DNA of 64,000 nt from a virus. The number at the start of each line of letters is the position of its first letter. The stretch's first letter is position 1. Of this stretch, positions 1-8,358 are shown piece by piece. Both the position numbers and the translations under genes were made by a program. The notes under the pieces are model-generated. The model searched no databases, was not told the origin of the DNA, and was given only the letters and a program-made list of their open reading frames with translations. The DNA lies in IMG/VR virus record IMGVR_UViG_3300044784_000011; one strand, given 5' to 3'.

Positions 1-14
1 TCGCAGAGCCGAGC

Positions 15-404
15 GTGGTCGTCCGCGAGGTCTTGACCTTCTTGCCTCGTACAGAGTCCGATCCCTTCCCCAGTGGAGATACCACACCAGCCGTTTCCCT
101 ATCCAGTACCACACGCGTCCGGGCATCGGGACGGTGGTTGGCTACGGCGACGGAGGACGACCACTCCCGGGACCACTCACCCACTTCGAGCTTGACCGAG
201 ACGGAACGATCATCCAGCGAGCCGGATTCGGGAACTGGTGCCCCATCTCCGCCACCCGGCTCTGGTGGCTCCAACACGCCACCATCCTCGACTCCCTCCG
301 AGACGACTTCACCGCCACCCCCAACGATCCCTGAGCCTACGATCCCACCCATAACGATCTCAGATGTACTTCCGGAGGACGTTCCTCCGTCACCAACGAC
401 CTGA
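15..404 (+). CDS. Pro/Ser/Thr-rich protein, probably the C-terminal part of a gene starting before the window
   Basis: Low-complexity PST tract (TPPSSTPSETTSPPPPTIPEP); frame is open back to the window start; stop is 11 nt before the next gene. Confidence 0.5.
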   Translation: MVVREVLTFLPRTESDPFPSGDTTPAVSLSSTTRVRASGRWLATATEDDHSRDHSPTSSLTETERSSSEPDSGTGAPSPPPGSGGSNTPPSSTPSETTSPPPPTIPEPTIPPITISDVLPEDVPPSPTT

Positions 405-415
405 GGAGGTCACTC

Positions 416-931
416 ATGACTACACCTACCGGTTGGGGTCCTCAGACTCCTCCCGCCCAGTACGCTCCTCCGATCAAGGAGGCCAAGCCGTTTTACCGCA
501 AGTGGTGGTTCTGGGTCTTCATCGTCACGCCCATCGTCCTCTTCGCGGGGTGTACCGCGATCACCATCGGTGCACTGAGCGGTGTGGACACTGACTCATC
601 TCTGACCGAGGCCACCAACGAGTCCGGCATCTCGCAGGGAGTCGGCTCCAAGGACGCATCTGCTGACGTCAAGCTCGTCCGCTTCTCTGGTCCCGACGTG
701 CTGGGGCTCATGACCGTTCACATCGAGGTCACCAACAACTCCAGTGAGCGGTCCGACTACTACATCGAGATGGCGCTGGTCGACAAGGCCGGCAACAACG
801 TCGGCATGACCAACGCGGTGGCCGACAACATTGAGCCGGGTCAGAAGGCGAAGGCGGAGGCTCAGTTCAGCACGAGCGACGGCGCAGACGAGGTCAAGGT
901 GACCGAGGTCTCACGCACGGCGTCCGTGTAA
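416..931 (+). CDS. Membrane-anchored/lipoprotein with FxLYD-like Ig-fold domain
   Basis: GGAGG RBS; KPFYRKWWFW followed by a TM helix ending LFAGC; C-terminal VTNNS..DYYIEMALVDKAGNNVG..NIEPGQKA resembles FxLYD domain. Confidence 0.7.
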   Translation: MTTPTGWGPQTPPAQYAPPIKEAKPFYRKWWFWVFIVTPIVLFAGCTAITIGALSGVDTDSSLTEATNESGISQGVGSKDASADVKLVRFSGPDVLGLMTVHIEVTNNSSERSDYYIEMALVDKAGNNVGMTNAVADNIEPGQKAKAEAQFSTSDGADEVKVTEVSRTASV

Positions 932-949
932 ACAGGACGAATCAGGGCA

Positions 950-1028
950 GATCGGGCGGGAGGCCGTCCGATCGCTCTGCAGGGGTATGCAGGCTTGCCA
1001 ATCGCTGGCTCTCTGCATGCCCCTGCAG
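950..1028 (+). terminator. Two tandem GC-rich hairpins (terminator or 5' leader structure)
   Basis: 950-959 pairs with 964-973; 977-992 pairs with 1013-1028; each has one G-U pair. Confidence 0.5.
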
Positions 1029-1056
1029 TGTTTCTACCCTCAGGAGGTATCCGACT

Positions 1057-2910
1057 ATGCCCACGTTTTCTGCAAGCCTTAGAGATGGCAAGATATTGGT
1101 CCTGGTACCGAAGGGTTCCGCACGCCAGGACTTTGACCACCTAGCTGACAAGATCGACGGTCGCAGGAAGATTCCTGGAGGGTGGACCTTCCCGGCAACC
1201 CTTCGGGTGGCTCGTCAGCTGCGAGCGGAGTTCAGTGACCTCACGATGGACGAGTCGCTGTGGAACTGGGGGAGGCTCCAGCGCTACCGGGAGGACAGGC
1301 TCAACACCCTTGCGAAGTCGCTGGAGGCAGAGGTCCCGGTACTCCGGCAACGACTGCCGTGGTTCTACAACGAGCTTCGCGGCGACCAGCGAGCCGGCAT
1401 CGCCTGGCTCGTGACGGCGATGGAGGACGGCTCCGCGATCCTCGGAGACAAGGCTGGGCTCGGGAAGACGCGGGAACAGATCGGCTGGATGTTCTCCCGC
1501 GATGACGACCCGACCGGCGACCACCTCATCATCGCTCCACGACTCTCCTTGCGCGCCACATGGGAGCGCGAGCTACGGCTACTAACCAACGACCTCGGAG
1601 ACGAGTTCGACATCTTCCTGCCCGGTGCATACGAGGCCGGGAGGAAGCGCGACCGGGAGATGGCCCGCTGGCTGGAGTCTGAGGCTCCGTATCGCTTCGT
1701 GCTGGTGATCACTCGGATGCTCGACTACTGGGTGACGGACGAGGACGAGCGGATGGCGAGCTACCCCGATCTGTTCGCCTACAAGTGGAGCACGGTCTCG
1801 GTGGACGAGTCGCACAAGATGCTCGGTGCACTGACGGTGACGAAGGGAGCACGCTACGCGCGTGGGCTCCTCGAACTCGACGTGCCTACCTCTGGCCGAC
1901 TTCCTATGAGTGGTACACCCTTCGGTCAAGGCGGTCGAGCCAAGGGCATGTTCGGCTCGCTCCACTGGGGACGTCCGGAGGAGTTCACTTCCTTCTGGCG
2001 TTGGGGCGAACGGGTCCTCGATGTTCAGACGGAGACGTTCTACCTCAAGGGCGGCCGAGGCCGCACCGGCGAGAAGAAGGTCATCGCAGGGCTCAACGAG
2101 GACAACTGGCCCGCGTGGTCCCGCGACTTGGACAGCTTGATGCTGAGGCGTACCAAGGAGGAGGTTGGCCTCAACCTTCCGCCGATCGTCCACATTGACT
2201 TCGAGGTCGAGCTAGAGGGCGAGCAGGAGAAGGTCTACAGGCAGCTGGAGAAGGATGCGGCGGCGACGATCGACGGCGGCCGGGTCCTCCCACTGAACGT
2301 CCTCTCAGAGATGCTGCGGCTCAAGCAGCTCAGCGGAGCCTCGTGGTACATCGGTACGGACAAAGAGATGCACGCTTGTCTCCCGTCCGTCAAGTTTGAT
2401 GCCGTGCTCGACCTCCTCAGCGAGCGCGGGATTGACGCGGACTGGGAGCCGGGCGGAGAGAAGGTGACCATTGGTTCCCAGTTCGTGTCGATCTTAGAGA
2501 TGGCTCAGCGCGAGCTTGCGGCGCTCGGCGTGCCGGCGTATCTCATCACCGGCGCACCCACGGAGGAGCATGACGAGATGGTGCGATCGTTCCAGGAGGA
2601 AGGCGGCAAGCCGGTCCTCCTCATGACGCTCCAAAAGGGAACCAGCATCGACCTCGACCGTGCGGACACAACAATTCTGTGGGACCTTCTCTGGAACCCT
2701 GACGACAATGGGCAGTGGGTGGACCGGCATCAAAGGTCCAGGCCTACGCCCTTGACGGCGATTCGGCTCGTGGCGAAGAACGCCGTTGACGGTTACATTA
2801 TCGAGGTAAATGCAGACAAGGAGGATATCCAGCACCGCGTCCTCGACGGCAGACGCGGTATAGAGTTCGCTAAGCGCATACTCAATCGGCGACAGAAAGG
2901 AGCGGGCTAA
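1057..2910 (+). CDS. SNF2-family (SF2) DNA helicase
   Basis: LGDKAGLGKT (Walker A), VDESH (motif II), SGTP (III), LMLRRTKEEV, C-terminal helicase motifs; GGAGG RBS. Confidence 0.85.
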   Translation: MPTFSASLRDGKILVLVPKGSARQDFDHLADKIDGRRKIPGGWTFPATLRVARQLRAEFSDLTMDESLWNWGRLQRYREDRLNTLAKSLEAEVPVLRQRLPWFYNELRGDQRAGIAWLVTAMEDGSAILGDKAGLGKTREQIGWMFSRDDDPTGDHLIIAPRLSLRATWERELRLLTNDLGDEFDIFLPGAYEAGRKRDREMARWLESEAPYRFVLVITRMLDYWVTDEDERMASYPDLFAYKWSTVSVDESHKMLGALTVTKGARYARGLLELDVPTSGRLPMSGTPFGQGGRAKGMFGSLHWGRPEEFTSFWRWGERVLDVQTETFYLKGGRGRTGEKKVIAGLNEDNWPAWSRDLDSLMLRRTKEEVGLNLPPIVHIDFEVELEGEQEKVYRQLEKDAAATIDGGRVLPLNVLSEMLRLKQLSGASWYIGTDKEMHACLPSVKFDAVLDLLSERGIDADWEPGGEKVTIGSQFVSILEMAQRELAALGVPAYLITGAPTEEHDEMVRSFQEEGGKPVLLMTLQKGTSIDLDRADTTILWDLLWNPDDNGQWVDRHQRSRPTPLTAIRLVAKNAVDGYIIEVNADKEDIQHRVLDGRRGIEFAKRILNRRQKGAG

Positions 2911-2946
2911 ACGAGGAGCAGAAAAAGCTCAAACAAAGTAGCAACC

Positions 2947-2988
2947 TTTACGATCGTCGTGGCCATCGGGTAAGGTCCCGGAATACGC
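2947..2988 (+). promoter_or_regulatory. SigA-like promoter TTTACG-N18-TAAGGT
   Basis: AT-rich intergenic gap; same architecture and downstream motif recur at 12738-12779. Confidence 0.5.
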
Positions 2989-3007
2989 CCGACGAGGAGG
3001 AGGCCAA

Positions 3008-3406
3008 GTGGCCGGCAAGGAACGCTTCACCATCACCAACCCGGATGCGCCCAAGGCGGCACTACTCGCCAAGGACCCGTCCGACATCCACGTCACAGAC
3101 GCGGAGTTCATCAACGAGCAGGTGGGTGCGAAGGTCGTCACCCCACGCCAGGTCCAGGTGTGCAAGGTCCTGCTCATGGCCGCCCAGGCAGCCCGGCGCG
3201 AGGACGCGCCCGCACCGAAGGCGACCAAGGCGACTCCCAAGGAGACGCCCAAGGCGGCCGGTCGGGCGAAGGCGTCTGGGAAGCCTCCGGCGGCGAAGAA
3301 GGCAGCCACCGCCAAGGGTCGCCAGCGTGCGGCCCGAGGCTCGCAGGCGGCCGCAAGCACTGCGCCAGCCGAGGCGCCAGAGCCTTCCGCTGACGCGCCG
3401 TTCTAG
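3008..3406 (+). CDS. Small protein with Lys/Ala-rich histone-H1-like tail (putative DNA-binding)
   Basis: GGAGGAGG RBS; C-terminal PKATKATPKETPKAAGRAKASGKPPAAKKAA. Confidence 0.75.
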   Translation: MAGKERFTITNPDAPKAALLAKDPSDIHVTDAEFINEQVGAKVVTPRQVQVCKVLLMAAQAARREDAPAPKATKATPKETPKAAGRAKASGKPPAAKKAATAKGRQRAARGSQAAASTAPAEAPEPSADAPF

Positions 3407-3673
3407 CCGTGGGGTAGCAGCTGCGGGAAGAGGACGACGACGTCACGGCGGGAGGAGGCGAGAGGGATGAGGCAGAACCAGGCAGGATACCCCGGAGGTC
3501 GAGAGACCACCGAAGGCCCAAGCCACGGGTCCTCATCCCTCCGCCTTGATGGCGGCTCCGAGGAGACAACGGAACTCGCTCTGTAAGGGGAAGGCAGAGC
3601 GCGAACCCGAGGATCACCGGAGCCGCTATCTAGGCGAAGCCGTAGCAAGGAGGAGGACGAGCTTGGCCGCTAC
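3406..3673 (+). ncRNA. Candidate structured RNA / 5' leader of the recombination operon
   Basis: Nested stems: 3406-3411/3444-3449; 3456-3472/3531-3546; GGTC-GAGA-GACC GNRA hairpin 3497-3508; 3548-3560/3618-3630; 3577-3583/3595-3601; 3642-3646/3669-3673. Confidence 0.5.
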
Positions 3674-4652
3674 AATGGTCCGTAACTCTGAGCGTAGCGA
3701 CTGGAGACGTTGTCGCAAGCGCTGGGATTGGACGTGGAACCAGGGGCTGAAGGCGCGTCGCGTCAAGACGGCTCTGTGGCTAGGCCAAGGAGTCCACGAG
3801 GCGCTTGCGGAGTTCTATCGCTACAAAGGAAGCAAGAAGCGAGGTCCGCACCCAGCGGAGACCTTTCGGGCATGGGCGGGAGATAGTCAGCGCCAGGCGT
3901 GGACGCACTCTCTTCTCTTCGATGAGGAGGAGCGGGTCAATGCGTCCGACCTAGCGGTGGCTATGCTTGAGGGATATGTGGAGCGGTACGGCCGGGATGA
4001 GCGCGTCCAGGTCATCGCTGCCGAGGACTCGTTTGAGTTGGATATTCCTCACCCAAAGCACCCGTCTATTACTGCGTGTATTTACTGCGGGACCTTTGAC
4101 CTCGTCTACCGCGACCTCGCCACCAATGAGATATGGCTGATGGAGCACAAGACGAGGAAGGCTATCAAGACCTCGCACCTTACGATCGACCAGCAGGCGT
4201 CCGGCTACTGGCTGGCCGCGACCTCTGTGCTCCGCCACAAGAAGCTCATCAAGCCAGACGAGCAGCTGGAGGGAGTCAAGTACAACTTCCTCCGGAAAGC
4301 CTTCGCGGACCCCAGAGAGACTGACGACCAAGGGAGGAGTCTCAACAAGGATGGTTCCATCTCCAAGGTGCAACCATCTCCGTTGTTTCACCGGGAGCCG
4401 GTCTATCGGACTCCGCGCGAGCTACGCTCTACGGCTTTGCAAATTGTTGTAGAGAACTGGGAGATGAACAAGACTCGTCGGGGCGAGCTACCCATCTACA
4501 AGAACCAGACGGAGGATTGCGACTGGCAATGCCCATTCTTCGAGATGTGTGACCTCCATGAGAAGGGGGACGACTGGGAGACGTACCGAGACGAGATGTA
4601 CCATGTGGTCGATCCTTACGAGGACCATCGGCCGAAGACAACGGAGGAGTGA
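3663..4652 (+). CDS. Cas4-like/RecB-family PD-(D/E)XK exonuclease
   Basis: RNSERSDWRRCRKRW N-terminus; GTFDLV...LMEHKT nuclease motif; C-terminal CDWQCPFFEMC completes a 4-Cys staple; TTG start chosen from GGAGGAGG RBS (track ORF starts at 3546). Confidence 0.85.
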   Translation: MAATMVRNSERSDWRRCRKRWDWTWNQGLKARRVKTALWLGQGVHEALAEFYRYKGSKKRGPHPAETFRAWAGDSQRQAWTHSLLFDEEERVNASDLAVAMLEGYVERYGRDERVQVIAAEDSFELDIPHPKHPSITACIYCGTFDLVYRDLATNEIWLMEHKTRKAIKTSHLTIDQQASGYWLAATSVLRHKKLIKPDEQLEGVKYNFLRKAFADPRETDDQGRSLNKDGSISKVQPSPLFHREPVYRTPRELRSTALQIVVENWEMNKTRRGELPIYKNQTEDCDWQCPFFEMCDLHEKGDDWETYRDEMYHVVDPYEDHRPKTTEE

Positions 4653-4653
4653 G

Positions 4654-4854
4654 TTGACCCGACCTCTGAAGGTCAACGGGCTGGACGAGCTTGGCCGCCT
4701 TACGCGACGGCTCAAGCACCAGTTCGCGCTCCGACGTATCGGAGAAGATGACTTCAAATACCTCCTTCAGCGCTCCAAGGAAATGGAAGCTCGCATCGTA
4801 GCGATGCCTGAAGAGGACGAGACCGGAGAGGAGGTCAACGTTGGCGGCGAGTAG
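4654..4854 (+). CDS. Hypothetical protein
   Basis: TTG start with GGAGG RBS; fills the gap between exonuclease and ATPase. Confidence 0.65.
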   Translation: MTRPLKVNGLDELGRLTRRLKHQFALRRIGEDDFKYLLQRSKEMEARIVAMPEEDETGEEVNVGGE

Positions 4855-5626
4855 GGCCACGCTACCGCCAGAGATCATCAACCTGGCGGACTTCCCGACG
4901 ACAATATCCATCCTCGCCTACGCCGACTCTGGGACTGGCAAGACCCGGTTCGCCGGTACGGCTGAGAATGCGCTGTTCCTCGCTCCGGTCAAGGAAGGCG
5001 GAGTGGAGGCGGCTCTGGCGACGGCTGGGCCGAAGGGGAAGGTGTGGCCTATCTGGCACTGGTCGGACCTTCGGAAAGCCTACATGTGGCTGAAGTCCAA
5101 CCCAGAGGTATTCCGCTGGGTCATTATCGACTCGCTGACGCATCTCCAGGACGTGGCAATGGCGGACGTTCTGGCGGCGGCTCACAAGGCGAACCCGAAA
5201 CGTGACCCAGATATCCCGGCGCAGCCCGACTACCTGAAGGTCCAGCGTCAGTTGATCAAGATGACGGTCGCACTCAACGAGCTATCGTTCCACAAGCTCT
5301 ACACAGCTGGGACGATGCGCGAGGACGTACCGACCGTTGACGGCGGCATCGAGACTCTTGTCCTGCCGATGATCGAGTCGAGAGAGGCGAAACTCTCGAT
5401 GCGCATCTGCGGCCAGATGATGGTTGTCGCCCACTACACGGTAAAGGAGACTGGGGAAGGAGAAAAGCGACAGGAGAACCGTTGGCTACTTACTCGCAAG
5501 TCCGGCTCCTTCTTCGCCAAGGACCGTTACGACTGTCTTGGGCAATGGACTAAAGACCCGACCGTGCCCGAGATAGAGCAGAAGATCGTCAAAAAGATCG
5601 CAGAGATGCGTGAGGAGGCTGCGTAG
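4841..5626 (+). CDS. AAA_24 / Sak4-like recombinase ATPase
   Basis: ILAYADSGTGKT Walker A, VIIDSLT Walker B, FAKDR C-terminal motif; lies between exonuclease and SSB. Confidence 0.8.
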   Translation: MAASRATLPPEIINLADFPTTISILAYADSGTGKTRFAGTAENALFLAPVKEGGVEAALATAGPKGKVWPIWHWSDLRKAYMWLKSNPEVFRWVIIDSLTHLQDVAMADVLAAAHKANPKRDPDIPAQPDYLKVQRQLIKMTVALNELSFHKLYTAGTMREDVPTVDGGIETLVLPMIESREAKLSMRICGQMMVVAHYTVKETGEGEKRQENRWLLTRKSGSFFAKDRYDCLGQWTKDPTVPEIEQKIVKKIAEMREEAA

Positions 5627-5630
5627 CACA

Positions 5631-6194
5631 ATGGCAAATCCAACAGCGGATACCGTCAAGTACGACGTGACCGACGTGGAGCCGGGCGGAGGCGGCGACT
5701 GGGGCGGCAACGGGCACCAGCCCAAGCCTGGGGTCGTCAACGCCACCGTGGTCAGGGCCCAGCCCCGGCTGGAGAACCGGAACGGCGACAAGCTGGAGAC
5801 GCCCGACATCGAGTGGGTGTTCGAGGTCAACAACACACCGGGCCGGGCGCAGGCTGAGGAGGAGGACGGTGCGTGGCTGGCCCTGTACACCAAGGCCGCC
5901 GTCCGGGCTGACTCCTGGAGCGAGGCTCAGGTGCTGGAGGCGCTGGGCGTCATCACGTCCGACACCAAGAGCCGCAAGGGTTCCTTCAGCCGCAAGGCCC
6001 AGATTGGCAAGCCCGTCCGGCTCAAGATCGTCGCCGACACCTTCCAGCGCGAAGGCGACACAGAGCCGGTGTACCGCGCTCGCATCCAGCGCGTCATGAA
6101 GCCGTCCACCAAGGGCGAGGCGTCCCAGGCGAAGGCGGCCAGCGAGGCGGAGCCGGACAGCGGCGGTGGCTCCGAGGACGAGCCGCCGTTCTAG
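5631..6194 (+). CDS. Single-stranded DNA-binding protein (probable)
   Basis: Position after the Sak4-like gene; acidic tail ending GSEDEPPF. Confidence 0.7.
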   Translation: MANPTADTVKYDVTDVEPGGGGDWGGNGHQPKPGVVNATVVRAQPRLENRNGDKLETPDIEWVFEVNNTPGRAQAEEEDGAWLALYTKAAVRADSWSEAQVLEALGVITSDTKSRKGSFSRKAQIGKPVRLKIVADTFQREGDTEPVYRARIQRVMKPSTKGEASQAKAASEAEPDSGGGSEDEPPF

Positions 6195-6206
6195 GCGACT
6201 CAGCGC

Positions 6207-6253
6207 AGTGCCCGGCTCGGGAGTAGCGAGGCTGCGAAACCGAGCCGGGCACT
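6207..6253 (+). terminator. Perfect 14-bp inverted repeat hairpin
   Basis: AGTGCCCGGCTCGG (6207-6220) / CCGAGCCGGGCACT (6240-6253). Confidence 0.55.
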
Positions 6254-6263
6254 AGAGTTAACG

Positions 6264-6440
6264 ATGAGAAACCTCCAATGGGTGGTCCACGCGGCTCAGG
6301 TCTCTGAAGCCTTAGCCTGCTTGGAGGAAGGTTGCGGTCACGCCAAGAAGAAGCACAGCGAGGAAGTCCAGACGGGTTTCTACGGTCCTCGCCTGGCTTA
6401 CGGGTTCTGCCGAGAGTGCGGCTGCACAAAGTTCAAGTGA
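6264..6440 (+). CDS. 58-aa Zn-binding microprotein (absent from ORF track)
   Basis: Hand translation MRNLQW...CLEEGCGHAKKKH...FCRECGCTKFK with a C/C-G-H/H/CxxCxC pattern. Confidence 0.65.
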   Translation: MRNLQWVVHAAQVSEALACLEEGCGHAKKKHSEEVQTGFYGPRLAYGFCRECGCTKFK

Positions 6441-6455
6441 GAAGGAGTGGTGACG

Positions 6456-6788
6456 TTGACTTCCCCTGGTCCTGCTGGCCCGTATGTGGATCGCGTCATC
6501 GACGGCGTTGTGCCTCGTGTCGTTGCTATATCCCGCACACAGAAGAGAGGCGTCCCGACGATTACGTGGAGCATGATTGCCCCCAGCACCGGTGCCGATC
6601 CTGCGGACAATACCAGTCTTACAACCCGAGGAAGCACCGTTGTCCGAGCAAGCGGTGAGTTCGGAATATGTCTACCCTGCCTCGAAGGAGCGCATGACCA
6701 ATGTCGCAAGCCGTGCTCGTGCCAGAGCAAGTTTCACCCGACGACCGGCCCAGGGGACGACGACACCGCTTCGCGCTCCCGCGACTGA
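6456..6788 (+). CDS. Small Cys/His-rich hypothetical protein
   Basis: AAGGAG RBS; CLPCLEGAHDQCRKPCSCQSKFH motif. Confidence 0.6.
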   Translation: MTSPGPAGPYVDRVIDGVVPRVVAISRTQKRGVPTITWSMIAPSTGADPADNTSLTTRGSTVVRASGEFGICLPCLEGAHDQCRKPCSCQSKFHPTTGPGDDDTASRSRD

Positions 6789-7561
6789 AGCCGTTCGCGA
6801 TCCTCGGCTCAGGCCCGGCCGGTCTGTTGGCGGCACACGCGCTCGCGCTCGCTGACCGAGAGTTCGACATCTTCTCCCTAGGCGAGCCGAGCAGGCTGGT
6901 CGGGCCGCAGTACTTGTACCAGCACATCCCGGAGGTCACCGAGCTAGAGCCAGAGGGCTACGTTCATCAGGTCTGCCGAGGAACGATGGAGGGCTACCGG
7001 CGCAAGCTATACGGCGCCATCGACCCCGGCTGGATCGAGCGTCCGTTGGCGCCGGGCTACAACGCCTGGAGCCTCCGTCTCGTGTACGAGAAGCTGTGGC
7101 TGCTCTACTCCGCTCGTGTGAAGCCTATGGAGGTTGGGCCGAAGGTCCTGGCCGGTCTCCTCTCCTCCCGCGAGTACGGCCGTGTCATCTCCACAATCCC
7201 GGCTACCTCCATCTGCCAATCGACCGATCACCGCTTCATCGCCTGGTCCATCCTCGTCGCCGACAAGAACGTCGAGCCCATAGCGGACAATACCATCGTC
7301 TTCAACGGGATGGAGTCTCCGTCGTGGGTCCGCGAGTCGAACATCTTTGGGATGCAGACAACCGAATGGCCGATGTCGATCACAGACCCGCAGAGAAGGC
7401 GCACCCGTCCTCCGCTCCCGGACGTGTACGAGTTCGAGAAGCCGCTGCGAACGAACTGCGACTGCTTCCCGGATGTGCTACGTATGGGCCGGTTCGGTAA
7501 GTGGCGCAACGAGACCTGGGCTCACGACGCCTACAACGAGGCGAGGGAGTTGGTGAAGTAA
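6701..7561 (+). CDS. FAD/NAD(P)-dependent oxidoreductase (start uncertain; folded domain begins near 6785)
   Basis: Rossmann motif AILGSGPAGLLAA; C-terminal GRFGKW; ISTIP motif. Confidence 0.8.
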   Translation: MSQAVLVPEQVSPDDRPRGRRHRFALPRLKPFAILGSGPAGLLAAHALALADREFDIFSLGEPSRLVGPQYLYQHIPEVTELEPEGYVHQVCRGTMEGYRRKLYGAIDPGWIERPLAPGYNAWSLRLVYEKLWLLYSARVKPMEVGPKVLAGLLSSREYGRVISTIPATSICQSTDHRFIAWSILVADKNVEPIADNTIVFNGMESPSWVRESNIFGMQTTEWPMSITDPQRRRTRPPLPDVYEFEKPLRTNCDCFPDVLRMGRFGKWRNETWAHDAYNEARELVK

Positions 7562-8358
7562 TGACGCGAGGCGTAGACCAAGCAGACTTCGAGGTTCCTC
7601 AGCGCCAGTGCTGTAGTTCGCGGCTCAACGAGTACCATGTGGACGAGTGCATGAATGCCTCTCTCAACGCCAAGTGGGAGGCTCTGGGCGTGATCGTGGA
7701 CCACGGCGCGGCCGGGAGGGGCGTGAGCGTTTTCGACCTCGACGGGAAGCCTATGCCGGTTCGTCTGGACGTTGCTCGCTCCTGGGGTGTGCGCATCCCG
7801 TTCGGAGAGGCGAGCGAGGCCGGTCCTCCTCCTCCGCTGTTCGTGACGAAGGGTGCCGCCGACGAGGTTGAGGGCATCGCTAGGTACAAGGCGAGCGTTG
7901 ACCGGGCGTACGAGGAGAAGGAGGCCCGTCGCCGTAGCTCTGCACCACGCTCGCTGCCAGAGGGGACCTCCGGGGTGTACCGAGACCTTGCTGACGTTTA
8001 TCACCAGGAGGGTGACAGAATCGTTTCTATCGCTGACGAGCTAGTTGCGGACATCACCGGGCGAGGAGGCGAGTATCAAGAGACCTACAAGGGAGTCGCA
8101 GAGTTCTTCGTCGCCAACCTCATCTTGTTGTACGAGCGGAACGAGATGGCCCACGACGCCTGGCGAGCTACCGGCTGGGCTGGGAACCTCATGACGTTGT
8201 GGGGTAAGGCGAAGCGGCTGATGAACAACCTATGGTGGTTCCCGGAGTCGGACTCGCGGCAGGAGAAGCCTCTCGACCATCTCGGCGACTCCGCCATCTA
8301 CTCCGCATTCACGGCTGTGCTACTCATGGACGGGAACGAGCGAGGAGCGGAACGTTGA
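7561..8358 (+). CDS. DUF1599 / nucleotide-modification-associated domain 1-like (all-alpha NTP-PPase-like C-terminus)
   Basis: C-terminal YERN..HDAWRATGWAGNL..LWGKAKRL...EKPLDHLGDSAIY pattern; TAATG coupling to the oxidoreductase. Confidence 0.6.
   Translation: MTRGVDQADFEVPQRQCCSSRLNEYHVDECMNASLNAKWEALGVIVDHGAAGRGVSVFDLDGKPMPVRLDVARSWGVRIPFGEASEAGPPPPLFVTKGAADEVEGIARYKASVDRAYEEKEARRRSSAPRSLPEGTSGVYRDLADVYHQEGDRIVSIADELVADITGRGGEYQETYKGVAEFFVANLILLYERNEMAHDAWRATGWAGNLMTLWGKAKRLMNNLWWFPESDSRQEKPLDHLGDSAIYSAFTAVLLMDGNERGAER

Noticed and set aside
3663-4652. Cas4-like nuclease as a sign of a CRISPR system
   Set aside because: No repeat-spacer array or other cas genes; it sits in the usual exonuclease-Sak4-SSB recombination module.
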